This document shows positions 13,227 through 24,235 of a stretch of DNA of 64,000 nt, one piece after another. Source of the stretch: Eledone cirrhosa. Its lineage: Eukaryota. The position numbers and the translations under genes were made by a program. The stretch is from NCBI GenBank assembly GCA_964016885.1, contig OZ024758.1, positions 14,198,001-14,262,000 of the forward strand. The letters run 5' to 3'. Position 1 is the first letter of the stretch; each line of letters opens with the position of its first letter. A model generated the notes under the pieces. It made no database searches. It was not told where the DNA came from and saw only the letters and a list, made by a program, of their open reading frames with translations.

Positions 13227-14618
13227 TCCTGGTACACGCTGCTAAGTGGTTGGCATTAGGAAAGGTATTCAACCATAGAAAGCAAACAAGACAGTCATCT
13301 GACCAGTCTAGTTTCAGTACATGGCAGCTCATCTAACCGATGCAAGCATAGAAAATAGACATTATATGATGATAATGATGATATATATATATATATCATC
13401 ATATAATGTCTATCATTACCACCAAAAAGGGTCTGATGAGCTGTTGATTACAGAGCCGGGCTAGATCGATACAGATTGAACCTTGAGATGATCGGTGGTG
13501 AAACACAACCAATAAACGTAATGAGGAGTAACCACTCGTCCTTGTTTTATTTTATTATACTACACTCGATACAGACGTAAACCTAAACATCGAATGCTCA
13601 CCTGGGTGAACCTACAGTAACTCCATGTTACACTCCCTCGATATATATATATAAAGAAAACAATGAAGTTTCGTTTACATGTAGTTAGTTTTTTTTTTTC
13701 TTTTTTAATTGTGTGTTGACCTGTTAAGTGCATTTCACAGAAGATTGATTCAAGGTCACCCATAGAAGTTATAGACCCGACTCCGTTATCAATCTGCTCT
13801 TTAGACTGGTGATACTTAATATATACAATCTGCCTGTGCATTGAGTGCTCATTTTGGTACCACTACCAGTAATTCACTGAATCACATACATTATATATAT
13901 ATAATAATGAACTACCCTTGTTCAGAATGACAAGAGTGTCCAGTTGTTTGATTACCTATTAATTGAATTAGCAGTTAAATCTATCTGAGGACTCAGTATC
14001 AGGCTGCACAGTTAATTTACAGACATGCTTTATCTAACAGGCTTTTATAAACTTTCTGTCTAACCAATTTCACTTAACAAGGTTTGAGTCAACCGAAGGT
14101 TATGGTACCACAGAGTGGGAACCAACCCTGAAACTTTATGATTGTGAGGCAAACTTTAACCACTCAGCTATATCTGCATCCTCAGATTTTTAAACTCTGT
14201 TACTGAGTTGAGCCCTGAGTATACTGAGAAAACCATATTCTTTTAAAATTTTATGTTTTCTTTTTTGTATTTTTAATTTGAATATTTAATACATTTTGAA
14301 GATGCATTGTAAAGTTATAATAAAATTTCCATTTTTTTCGGTAATAACTGTGTTGCTCTTTAAAGGATTGTACTGCTACATAAAAAGGTAAATTTATTCT
14401 GTTGTTTGCAAATAATATCCACTGTAATAAAGTGTAAAACAAGGCCACCAGTTCAATAATTAATAATGTCATGAAAATGGTAATTCTTTAGGATGTAATC
14501 TAATGAAAATAAATAAGGAGAGCAACCAGCTTGTATGGAATGATCAACAAAAGCATAACCACTGACAGTTTATCTTGAAAACTGCAGCCATTGCTTCAAG
14601 TCAACAGCATTTTGATAA

Positions 14619-14838
14619 ATAATGATTTCTACTATAGGCACAAGGCCAACAATTTGGAGGAGAGGAAAGTCAATTAAATCGACCCCAGTACATTACTGGT
14701 GCTTTATTTTATCGACCTCGTAAGGGTGAACAGCAAAGCTAACCTCACTGGGATTTGAACTCAGAACGCAAAGGGCCGGAACTCTATGCTACAAAGCATG
14801 GTGTTTGACGCTCTACCGATTCTGCCAATCCACCGCCC
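14619..14838 (-). mobile_element. tRNA-derived SINE, family A, near full length
   Basis: Reverse complement of the family A consensus, with a GAGTTCAAATCC B box. Confidence 0.85.
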
Positions 14839-15318
14839 ATTTAAATAATGATTTTTCTAAAGAAAGTAAATGTAACCCAAAACTTAAAGGGAATATTTAA
14901 TTATTTAAGGGCATTAGGAACTGAAGTTAACAAGTACCAACAGGAAATCAAACTATGTATCATTAACACAGCTGTCAAGAACTTATTAATACTGAATAAC
15001 TACACGCTATTTCCTATTAAGAAATAGGTCTGTTTTGACTAGGCACAAGGTTAGCATTAAGATGGACATAATGAATTGAACTGTTATCAGAATATTACTC
15101 CTATATATTTTATTGATCCCACAGGAAAGAAAGTTGACAGTGATTATAGCAATGCTTTTAATCAGAACTGTAAAGCATCCAAGTCAGCTCTCTGCTATGA
15201 TGATGTACTGTGTATGCACGGATGGATGTGCGCATGTCCTCGAGCACTGCAGCAGCACATTGAGCTGGTGCTTATCCCGGTCTCATGATGTGAAGCGACT
15301 GAGAGTGCTGTATGTACT

Positions 15319-15531
15319 AATCATGGTTTCTGATTTAGGCCCAAGGCTAGCAATTTGAAGAGGAGGGGGAAAGTCGATTAATCGACCCCAGTGCGTTACT
15401 GGTGCTTTATTTTATCAACCCCACAAGGATGAATGGTAAAGCTAACCTTGGCGGGATTTGAACTCAGAACATAATTCTATGCTACAAAGCATGGTGTCTG
15501 GTGCTCTACCGATTCTGCCAATCCACCACCC
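15319..15531 (-). mobile_element. tRNA-derived SINE, family A, near full length
   Basis: Closely similar to the copy at 14619-14838. Confidence 0.85.
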
Positions 15532-17280
15532 TACTGTAAATACTAATAAAGCTTGCATAAACTATTTTGTAGATAGCTGTTAAGTTCTAAGTTAAAATAT
15601 ATTCATATTCCAGATTATTAACTAAAATCAAATAACCTATGCAGTATGTCAAACCAATGAATTTGAAGAAGGCTACAATCTTACAAATTATTTTTTGAGA
15701 TTTACTGAAATAAAAAAAATAAAAAAATACAGCTAAGTAGTGATATAAAATTAGCAAAAATCATATGATTGTAAATGTGTGATATTCATCATAAATATAT
15801 GATGTAGGACTTGAGTTAGTTCAATAATATAATTTATCCACCACAAGATACAACACTATCAGTAGACAAGTGAAGATGATAAAATGATTTACAAAATGTT
15901 TTATAGAAAAGTTATTTTCTTAGAAGCATATATCTGACAATTAAAAATGCTGGAATATTCTGTGGTATTACTAAATGTTTTAAAAATATATATACATATT
16001 AGTAATAACAGTTTTTGTAGAATTGAGCAGAGAATAACTGGAAGGAGAGACAAGTGTACATACAGCTGGCCCATGTATTGAATGAAACACATAGATGCAC
16101 TGTTATATTTCCTTTTGCCATATTTCATTTTAATTTCCTCAACAGAAATAATTCTCCAAAGTATGGATGCAGTCTAAACCGAAAATTTGAGGAAGACTCA
16201 CAACTCATTACAGCATCAAAAACAAGTCAACTCGCCCTTTTCAAATTTCTACAAAGATTGAGGGGCCAAACTTTTACCAAAAGGCAGTCCTTTGTTCTAT
16301 GTCAATAGTTATTCAGTATAAAACAAATTTTTTACAAAAAAAAAAAAAAAAAAAAAAAAAGCATGTTTTAAATCAAATTAACCGATTCAATTTATGAATT
16401 CTGCAAGTTAAAAATATCATATTATTATTTTTTTATGTTTTTACATAGATATGCAAGGTTGATTTAACAGCTAAACACTGTAGAAGCGAGGATAAGCAGA
16501 AAACTCCAGTTACTAAGCAACTTTTTTCTTCTGCTATAAGATTTTATATATTGGATAAAAAATAAAAAAAAACAATAATTTTTTTCTTTCTTAATATCCT
16601 TTGTGAATACAACCCTAGTTACTTTCAGAGCAACATATTATTAATTTGAAAGTCAATTATAAGTATATTAAAAAAAAATGATATCTATAGTTAAAACATA
16701 TATTCTCCATTTCACCAAATATAACAAGGCACTTGACTAACTCAAAACCCCTGAAGTAAATATCTGGCAGACATTAAGGAAGAGACTGCAGGTTTGAAAT
16801 AGCTTTAAATCTACTTGAACATACAAGACATTTCTTTCATGAGGGATAGAGACACTTTAATAAATTTTATTTCCTCTCCGAGAAGCCACCCACTGTCAGA
16901 AATTTAGATGTAGTTTATATAAATTACATATATTTGCAGTTTATATAAACACGATTTAAAAAAAAAAAAAAAAAAAAAAAAATAGTAAAATGAGAAAATT
17001 GAAAATAACATTTCTGTGAAATGAATAAAAATATTTTATAATTCAAATAAATGAAAATATAAAAAATTTATGAACAGAAATTGAAATGCTTCTTTTTGTG
17101 AAAGATATAAATGAGTGGAAAAAAAAAATCCTGTCTGTTCTGATCCATATTTTGTTTTACTAAAAATTTAACATTGTAGTTCTTTTATATAATTCTTAGA
17201 TTTTAGAAGTCTTTTCAAGAGCAGTTAAATATCCAAGAGAATAAAGCTACCAAAAAATTACAAAGCCATTTGAAGACTCT

Positions 17281-18747
17281 TTAACCATCTACTTTGATAC
17301 TACTGCTTGGGTGTTCCTTTCTTATTGGTGTGTGGCTAAATCGTAAGTTAAATCTACAAGAACGTTTTATGCAAGCATTCTCAGCTGAAGTTTCTCCAGA
17401 GTCATGTTTTCTTTTACTGTTGCGTTGGCGAGTTTTAGAGGATTTATGTTCACCAATTAGTTGCTGTTGCCAGGCCAAAAACCGTTTCAGAACACGTCGT
17501 TTGTCTGAATTAGATTTCTTTTCTTTGTTGGTTGGTAACGGCATGCAGTTGAAGGACAAAGTTCTACTTTGAACAGGATTTGTCTTTCGCTTGCTTCTGG
17601 TCGCCATTTCTGAAAGCTTCTTAGAAGATGAAGAAGAAGAAGAAGAAGAAGAAGAAGAAGAAGAAACTTCTTCTGATATGTTTGAGTGGGAATGTTGATT
17701 TTGTGTGCTGGTAGCTGATCGAAGGTGAGAGCCACTGCTTTCAGAAATATTTTGTGTATCAAACAGATGTGAGCTGAAGAAGCGTTTTGTGAGCTTTTCT
17801 TTAAAATCAAGCTTACCACGAGATAAAATTGTTTTGTTGGGTGTAACTTTCTCTTTTAATGTCACTTTATCATTTGATCGACTTTTACATAGCTTATCAT
17901 CAATTTTGTGAGTCCGTGTTCTTAGCAAATTTGGTCGTAGACCAAGTCGCCTTTGAACAAGTGGAGACGGGGATACTGACATACTACATAGAGAAAAGTC
18001 TTTGGTTTTGACAGCAGTCTCTTTGTTTTCACTTGGTGCAGTGTCATCACAGATATTAGCATTGTGGTCAATTTCTCCAGTCTCAGCACACCGAGAACTA
18101 TCACTCCCTAGGTCATTATTTTCATCTTCCTCTTCACCAGACAAACACATAGAAAACCGCATTCTTGTTGTACGCGGTAGTTTGCCAGCAGAAAGACTTT
18201 CTGGTTCTTTACAAATAGAAATTTCAGGGGTTACATCTCCTTCTGATGAAATATTTGAAGATACAATAGAATCAGACGAGATACCTAAGTTGTTGCTTTC
18301 GGAAGATTCAGACATGATGTCGTGATCAACAGATGTGCTATTCCCCACATCAGACTTGCAGTCATTGGTACCAACACTGGAGGAATCAAGTATCATCGGA
18401 TTAACTTTACTTTTATCATCTTCCACAGATAGTTTCATCTCTACAGGAGAGGTATTTATTGGTGTAGCAGCCAGAATAGGTGGGCGACACTGATTATTTG
18501 CATTAGGCAGCAAGTGTTGTTTTAGGTAAGCATTTATGTCCATACTTAATTTGTGTTGTTTATTTAGTTGTTGGATGTGTTCTTCCCGTCGGCGCCGTAA
18601 GCGTTCTAACTTGCTTGGTCCCATTGTGTCAATCATAACAATAACACACGTTGTATTATCTGCTTTCAGCATACGTTCATGCCATTTTTGAAGAGCAAAA
18701 TTGACCAATTGTTCTGCTGGGTTATTCCAGTATGTTAAGGGGGACAA
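17281..18747 (-). CDS. PPM1D: PPM1D/Wip1 terminal coding exon 5 (1467 nt including stop): end of the catalytic domain plus a long Ser-rich/basic C-terminal tail
   Basis: Acceptor tttttttcag|TTG in phase 0. Encodes AEQLVNFALQKWHERMLKADNTTCVIV (PP2C DN motif), then remains open to TAA at 17281-17283. Confidence 0.92.
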   Translation of the reverse strand: MSPLTYWNNPAEQLVNFALQKWHERMLKADNTTCVIVMIDTMGPSKLERLRRRREEHIQQLNKQHKLSMDINAYLKQHLLPNANNQCRPPILAATPINTSPVEMKLSVEDDKSKVNPMILDSSSVGTNDCKSDVGNSTSVDHDIMSESSESNNLGISSDSIVSSNISSEGDVTPEISICKEPESLSAGKLPRTTRMRFSMCLSGEEEDENNDLGSDSSRCAETGEIDHNANICDDTAPSENKETAVKTKDFSLCSMSVSPSPLVQRRLGLRPNLLRTRTHKIDDKLCKSRSNDKVTLKEKVTPNKTILSRGKLDFKEKLTKRFFSSHLFDTQNISESSGSHLRSATSTQNQHSHSNISEEVSSSSSSSSSSSSSSKKLSEMATRSKRKTNPVQSRTLSFNCMPLPTNKEKKSNSDKRRVLKRFLAWQQQLIGEHKSSKTRQRNSKRKHDSGETSAENACIKRSCRFNLRFSHTPIRKEHPSSSIKVDG

Positions 18748-19380
18748 CTGAAAAAAACAAAAAACAACAGAATATTTGATAAATATATCACATTTGATAT
18801 CAGTCATTGTCATAGGATATTGCTTCCCTAACAAGAGTGGGCTGATATTGTGCCACCATATCCAGTTTGACAGTCCCCCTCATTCACCTCTCCACTCTAT
18901 ATCATCAAATTTGGATCCATTCCCACTTTCCCCCCACTAAGCCCAGTACTTATTTTCCAGAACATCAAACTTTCTGGAACTCCCTCCCAGCACATAATTC
19001 TCCAACAAGCACCCACATTGTTCAACATTAACTATATAAACTACATTACCAGTCTTCCCCGACAACCCTCCAATTGTTCAACAAGAACATTAACTACATT
19101 GATCTCACAAGTCTCAAACGACCTGTAATATCCAGGGAGACAACTCCCGATTTCAGACCAAAACAATACCTTAAAAAAAAACAAAAGAAAAAGTAGTCAC
19201 ATTTTGTTTAGTTATTTAACCCTTTTGTTACCAAAACCACCTACAACAACCGATGTTTTTTTAAATATAAACTGTTTATCATCATCATCGTTTAACGTCC
19301 ATTTTCTATGCTATTTATCTAAAAACATTCCACCATAACATTAGGCAAGACCTTCAAGTTATGCTCCAAACAATAGGTTA

Positions 19381-19564
19381 ATAATTGTTTCTACTATTGG
19401 CACAAGGCCAGCAATTATCCCAGTGTATTACTGGTACTTTATTTTATCGACCCAGTAAGGATGAAAGGCAAAGTTAACCTCGGCGAGATTTAAACTCAGA
19501 ATGGCAAGGGCCGTAACCGTATGCGTCAAAGCATGGTGTCCCACCCTCTACCGACACTGCCAAT
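19381..19564 (-). mobile_element. tRNA-derived SINE, family A (short-3' variant)
   Basis: Family A core and B box; lies inside an older TTAA-type MITE remnant that starts at 19216. Confidence 0.8.
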
Positions 19565-19871
19565 AAAGTTATATTACTAAATTCCTCCACATTTTCGATT
19601 ATTTTCAAAGTGTTTTGGAAATTATTAGTAGTGTAATTAGAAATATAGTAGAGAAAAAGTCAAATTATATCGGCAATGCCATCAGTTTATAGAGAAAACA
19701 AAAGCATAGTATACATTTATAAAATTCAAAAAAAAAAAAAAAAAAAAATTACATAGAAGCCCGACTGTTATACTAAATGGAAATAACGACTTAGAAATTA
19801 TTGACCAGTCAATATTACACCTTGTTTATAATGTCTGTTTTTCTGTGTTCAGGTTAATTGGACATATATAC

Positions 19872-20440
19872 CAGTACAACACATACCCTGCTCCTCACCT
19901 GTCAATACAACATACCCCCCTCCTCACCTGTCAATACAACATACCCCTCTCCTCACCTGTCAATACAACATACCCCCCTTCTCACCTGTCAATACAACAT
20001 ACCCATCTCCTCACCTGTCAATACAACATACCCCCCCCCTCACATGTCAATACAACATACCCCCCCCCCCCCTCACATGTCAATACAACATACCCCTCTC
20101 CTCACCTGTCAATACAACATACCCCTCTCCTCACCTGTCAATACAACATACCCCTCTCCTCACCTGTCAATACAACATGCCCCTCTCCTCACCTGTCAAT
20201 ACAACATACCCCTCTCCTCACCTGTCAATACAACATACCCCTCTCCTCACCTGTCAATACAACATACCCCTCTCCTCACCTGTCAATACAACATACCCCT
20301 CTCCTCACCTGTCAATACAACATACCCCTCTCCTCACCTGTCAATACAACATACCCCTCTCCTCACCTGTCAATACAACATACCCCCCCCCCTTCACCTG
20401 TCAATACAACAACATATATCTCTTCATCTGCAATACAACA
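19872..20440. repeat. Minisatellite, 29-bp unit CCTCACCTGTCAATACAACATACCCCTCT, about 19 copies
   Basis: Direct reading; the 29-nt period explains the 29-aa periodic spurious ORFs in all three plus frames. Confidence 0.95.
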
Positions 20441-20454
20441 TCCAAAGATCTGTC

Positions 20455-21014
20455 CTTACTGTTTCTACCCATAACTACCCCCCTGTGTCAGACATGCTAG
20501 AGCAGCCATCCTCACTGTTTCTACCCATAACTACCCCCCTGTGTCAGACATGCTAGAGCAGCCATCCTCACTGTTTCTACCCATAACTACCCTCCTGTGT
20601 CAGACATGCTAGAGCAGCCATCCTCACTGTTTCTACCCATAACTACCCTCCAATGTCAGACATGCTAGAGCAGCCATCCTCACTGTTTCTACCCATAACT
20701 ACCCTCCAATGTCAGACATGCTAGAGCAGCCATCCTCACTGTTTCTACCCATAACTACCCTCCAATGTCAGACATGCTAGAGCAGCCATCCTCACTGTTT
20801 CTACCCATAACTACCCTCCAATGTCAGACATGCTAGAGCAGCCATCCTTACTGTTTCTACCCGTAACTACCCTCCTGTGTCAGACATGCTAGAGCAGCCA
20901 TCCTCACTGTTTCTACCCATAACTACCCTCCAATGTCAGACATGCTAGAGCAGCCATCCTCACTGTTTCTACCCATAACTACCCTCCTGTGTCAGACATG
21001 CTAGAGCAGCCATC
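20455..21014. repeat. Minisatellite, 56-bp unit, 10 copies
   Basis: AGACATGCTA recurs exactly every 56 nt, from 20490, 20546 and 20602 through to 20994. Confidence 0.97.
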
Positions 21015-21337
21015 GGCAAACAGACTCATTCAGCTTTATAAATGGCATACATAAGGAAAAATTACCACAATTTTATTTAGTTGTGTATCCCTGAATGTGA
21101 TGAGCCATACTCATGTGGCCCACTGCATGAAAAAGGTTGCCCAAACCTGTGCTAGAAGCTACTATTAGGAGAGGTAGGTCAAAAAAGACTGACCAGTTGT
21201 GTTACATAAAACTGGCAGACACAACTGAAGATACTCGTTTATTTACGAGTTCTAGTGAATTCATCTACATTTCATCTACAAAAACAATATATATAAAAAT
21301 TATGCAAAAAACAAATATTTGTATAATAGCTATTCAC

Positions 21338-21528
21338 TTAACCTTTTAGCATTTAAACCGGCCGTATCCGTTCAAACTGGTCATAACTGGCCGCTCATAC
21401 TGATGTAAAGGTATTGTTCTCAAAATAAATAACATCAAAGTCTCATAAATTCGATATTATATGAGATAAAGACTTTACTGTGAAAATACAATAGTAAATA
21501 TAGAGTAATATAAATGCTAAAGGGTTAA
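21338..21528 (+). mobile_element. piggyBac-type MITE (about 190-215 bp; consensus TIR CCCTTTAGCATTTA, TTAA TSD)
   Basis: TTAA-ccttttagcattta ... taaatgctaaaggg-TTAA. Other forward copies (some partial) at about 8608-8808, 22742-22940, 25118-25331, 33297-33486, 36245-36399, 39108-39336 and 49539-49732. Confidence 0.9.
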
Positions 21529-21725
21529 ATAATTAAGTTTTGTTTAAACCTGAAAAAATATGTGTAGGTTAATCTTTTTTTATACAAATTCTTTTTGTAT
21601 GTGAACTGTTATACACAAATTGTGTTGAGTTGAATCTGCCTAGAGTCCTTAACCCAACAGACTAAATATGGTGGTTTTAATAGTAAATAAATACAATAAA
21701 AACCCAGATGTTAAAAACTACTTAC

Positions 21726-21931
21726 TATGTCATTAACTACAAGTTCATCAAACTTTTGTTCATCTTCCAAAACAACCATGACAGCTTCAAGGGGAGTCAT
21801 CATATTCCAAAGACCATCACTACCCAAAATTAGGCATTTGTCATTCTTGGGAAGAAGATTGTGAACAGATACATCAGGCATTGGAGAGATAATGAAGTCT
21901 CCATAGGTATAGTTGAAACTCCACAAATCAC
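21726..21931 (-). CDS. PPM1D: PPM1D/Wip1 coding exon 4 (206 nt)
   Basis: Acceptor tattttcag|GT. Encodes GDLWSFNYTYGDFIISPMPDVSVH...LILGSDGLWNMM, with the PP2C metal-binding SDGLW motif. Donor ATA|GTAAGT. Confidence 0.95.
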
Positions 21932-22138
21932 CTGAAAATAAAGATTAAATTGAAATTGTTGATCCAGAAAGAATGTTCCATGTAGACATGGAACCAAATA
22001 CTGAAAATGTTTATGATAACTTTATTGGAGCAACAGTATTAGAGGATATACTGAAGTAACATACTGGTATTATCAGGTATCAAGTTTGGTGACCTATTTG
22101 CTTTCAAATCCAATCACCTCAAGTTCTAATTTGTCTCA

Positions 22139-22440
22139 CATCATCATAATCATTTTACGTCCGCTTTTCCCTGCTTGCAAGGGTTGGACGAGTCCTATTC
22201 AGCACAGCATCTCCCCACTTGTCACGGTCCTCGTCATCTCCTCAGTGAGTTTCAGCGATCTGAGGTCTGCTCTCACCGCCTCCGCCCATGTTTTTCGTGG
22301 TCTACGGAACACCCCCCTCCCATGCTAATCTGATCACCTAGGTACCGGAAGCTATCAACCACTTCTATAGAACCCACCTGAATTGGAAAAATGAGTCTAT
22401 CACAGCGATTACTACTGCATACGTAGTTTTCCCTACCTGC
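22139..22440 (-). mobile_element. Internally deleted RTE-type LINE fragment with 3' tail
   Basis: IEVVDSFRYLGDQIS remnant followed by the tail ...ccttgcaagcagggaaaagcggacgtaaaatga and a tgatgatg-like end. Confidence 0.65.
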
Positions 22441-23081
22441 TATATCTCTAAATGTACAGATTTCCGTTATATCTCTAAACGTGCTGAATAATTTCTTCAT
22501 TGTATCAGAACTCCAAATGTTAAATAAATGGAGACCATATTTCTATTCTATACAAGATTTCCTTATGTTTAAAACCACATTCAGTTGTAAGAAGTGCATG
22601 CAAATATCCAAATAAAAACATTTATGCAAGAAATTAATTAAAAAAAATATCCACCAAGAGCTAAAAATAATAAAACCATCATTGATTTCAAGCTTAAACA
22701 GTTAATACTGACATTGAAAAAAACCCCAAGTATTTTCATAGTTTAAACTGGCCATATCCAGCCAGAATTACTGTACCTCTTTTTGTTCAAACTGGCCATA
22801 ACCGGCTACTTATACTTATGTTAAAGTATTGTTCTCAAAATAAATAATATCAAAATCTCAAACATTCGATATTATGTGAGGTAAAGCCTTTGCCATGAAA
22901 ATATAGTATATATAGAGTAATGTAAATGCTAAAGGGTTAAGCCATTTTGTTTAATAATTTCTTAACTCTTTAGCATTTAAACATTCTGCATCGGAGAGAG
23001 AGAACCTCTTTGCTACCAGCAAAGATAGATAAAATAGCTCAAATAAAATCGACAAACACAATAAAAGCATAAAAGACTTAC

Positions 23082-23262
23082 CTAAAGAACGTGCCACAGC
23101 CAAAAAAGGTATCTTGTCCGTAACTGTGCTACGTCTAATAGGTCCTTTGTGAGTAAGCTTCGGCCGGTTCCACACAACTCTTTGTACACCAGCTTTAGTA
23201 ACAACTTCGCCACCACAATCTTCTATTCGTTTACGTTCTTCAGGACATTCGGGTTTGTGATC
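23082..23262 (-). CDS. PPM1D: PPM1D/Wip1 coding exon 3 (181 nt), containing the basic B-loop
   Basis: Acceptor tttcaaag|GAT. Encodes [61 protein letters not shown]; the RVVWxRP..THx[15 protein letters not shown] segment is characteristic of PPM1D. Donor TTAG|GTAAGT. Confidence 0.96.
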
Positions 23263-24235
23263 CTTTGAAAGATAAAATTAAAATATAGATACGTTGAAAA
23301 TATCTGAAGTTTTATATTCCTACAAAAATGAAGCAACATCACCAGCAGTGCTGCCAGTTTAGTGAGAAGCATGCTAGGAATAATGTGTTTTAGAATTTGT
23401 GTTATTTTAGCATTTCTTTTTCTTTCTTTTTTTGCGGAGGGAGGTGGGGGGGGGGGGGGGGGGGGTCCAATTCTGAATCCCTTGCAGAAATACACATCTA
23501 TGCATACACATTTTAAGAGGCAATTTTTGTCTCTTTCAGTCTCCCCCACCAGGCTATGTCTCCAGTTTGACCATACCCCCCCCCCCCCCTAGGGGATCTC
23601 GTGTGACAATATCATGCCCCCTCCCCCCCCCACTAGCCAGGCCAGACCGCCAGTTTGATGTTACATCTTCTCAGCAGCTAGGCCAAGTCTTGAATAAATT
23701 TATAAATTTACATAATTGTAAAAACTCCTAAAATTGTTTTTATTATCATTCTTTATAGCACCTTTAATATCAAACACCTGAAACTGCCCCCGTTTCTACA
23801 GTACAAAATTTTACGATACAATAAAGCCTTTAAGTTATGCTCAAAACACTAGCTTAATAAGTTTCGTTGGGTTATACACCCCAACTCATTCAGCCTGTTA
23901 TATATAACAGACTGAGTGAGTTGGGGTGTATAACCCAACAGCATTGCCAGGTGGTTTCAGCTTGCATGTACATATATGCATGTGCGTGTATATACACATA
24001 TACACATACATTATATATGTTAGTGTATATGAATGAAATCATCCAAGTTACACAAACCTGGAAACATGAATGTTGAAATGGTGTCTCTTATCAATAACTG
24101 TCTAGCTAATTATCTTTATATCTGGTTTATTAATTGCTGCAACTCTCTTTCTCTCTCTCTTTCTCCATATATATATATATATATATATTTATATATGAAT
24201 GCATGCATGCACAGACTCATACAATATATTACCTA

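Noticed and set aside
16336-16982. Long poly-A runs as retrocopy tails
   Set aside because: No upstream retro-sequence or TSD; more simply U-rich tracts in the minus-strand PPM1D 3' UTR.
17294-18325. Antisense and alternate-frame ORFs overlapping PPM1D exon 5 (and 5553-5774, 58927-59270)
   Set aside because: Shadow ORFs of real coding exons with no independent support.
18748-18834. N-terminal 29 aa of the 517-aa ORF (MLGKQYPMTMTD...FFQ)
   Set aside because: Read-through into intron 4; the pyrimidine tract and AG at 18748-18749 give the correct phase-0 join to exon 4.
19845-20556. 209-aa, 232-aa and 107-aa plus-strand ORFs with periodic sequence
   Set aside because: Artefacts of the stop-free 29-bp minisatellite; the same peptide appears in all three frames, antisense within a PPM1D intron.
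19872-21014. CRISPR-like appearance of regularly spaced repeats (also 34035-34400)
   Set aside because: No unique spacers, no cas genes and eukaryotic context; these are tandem repeats.
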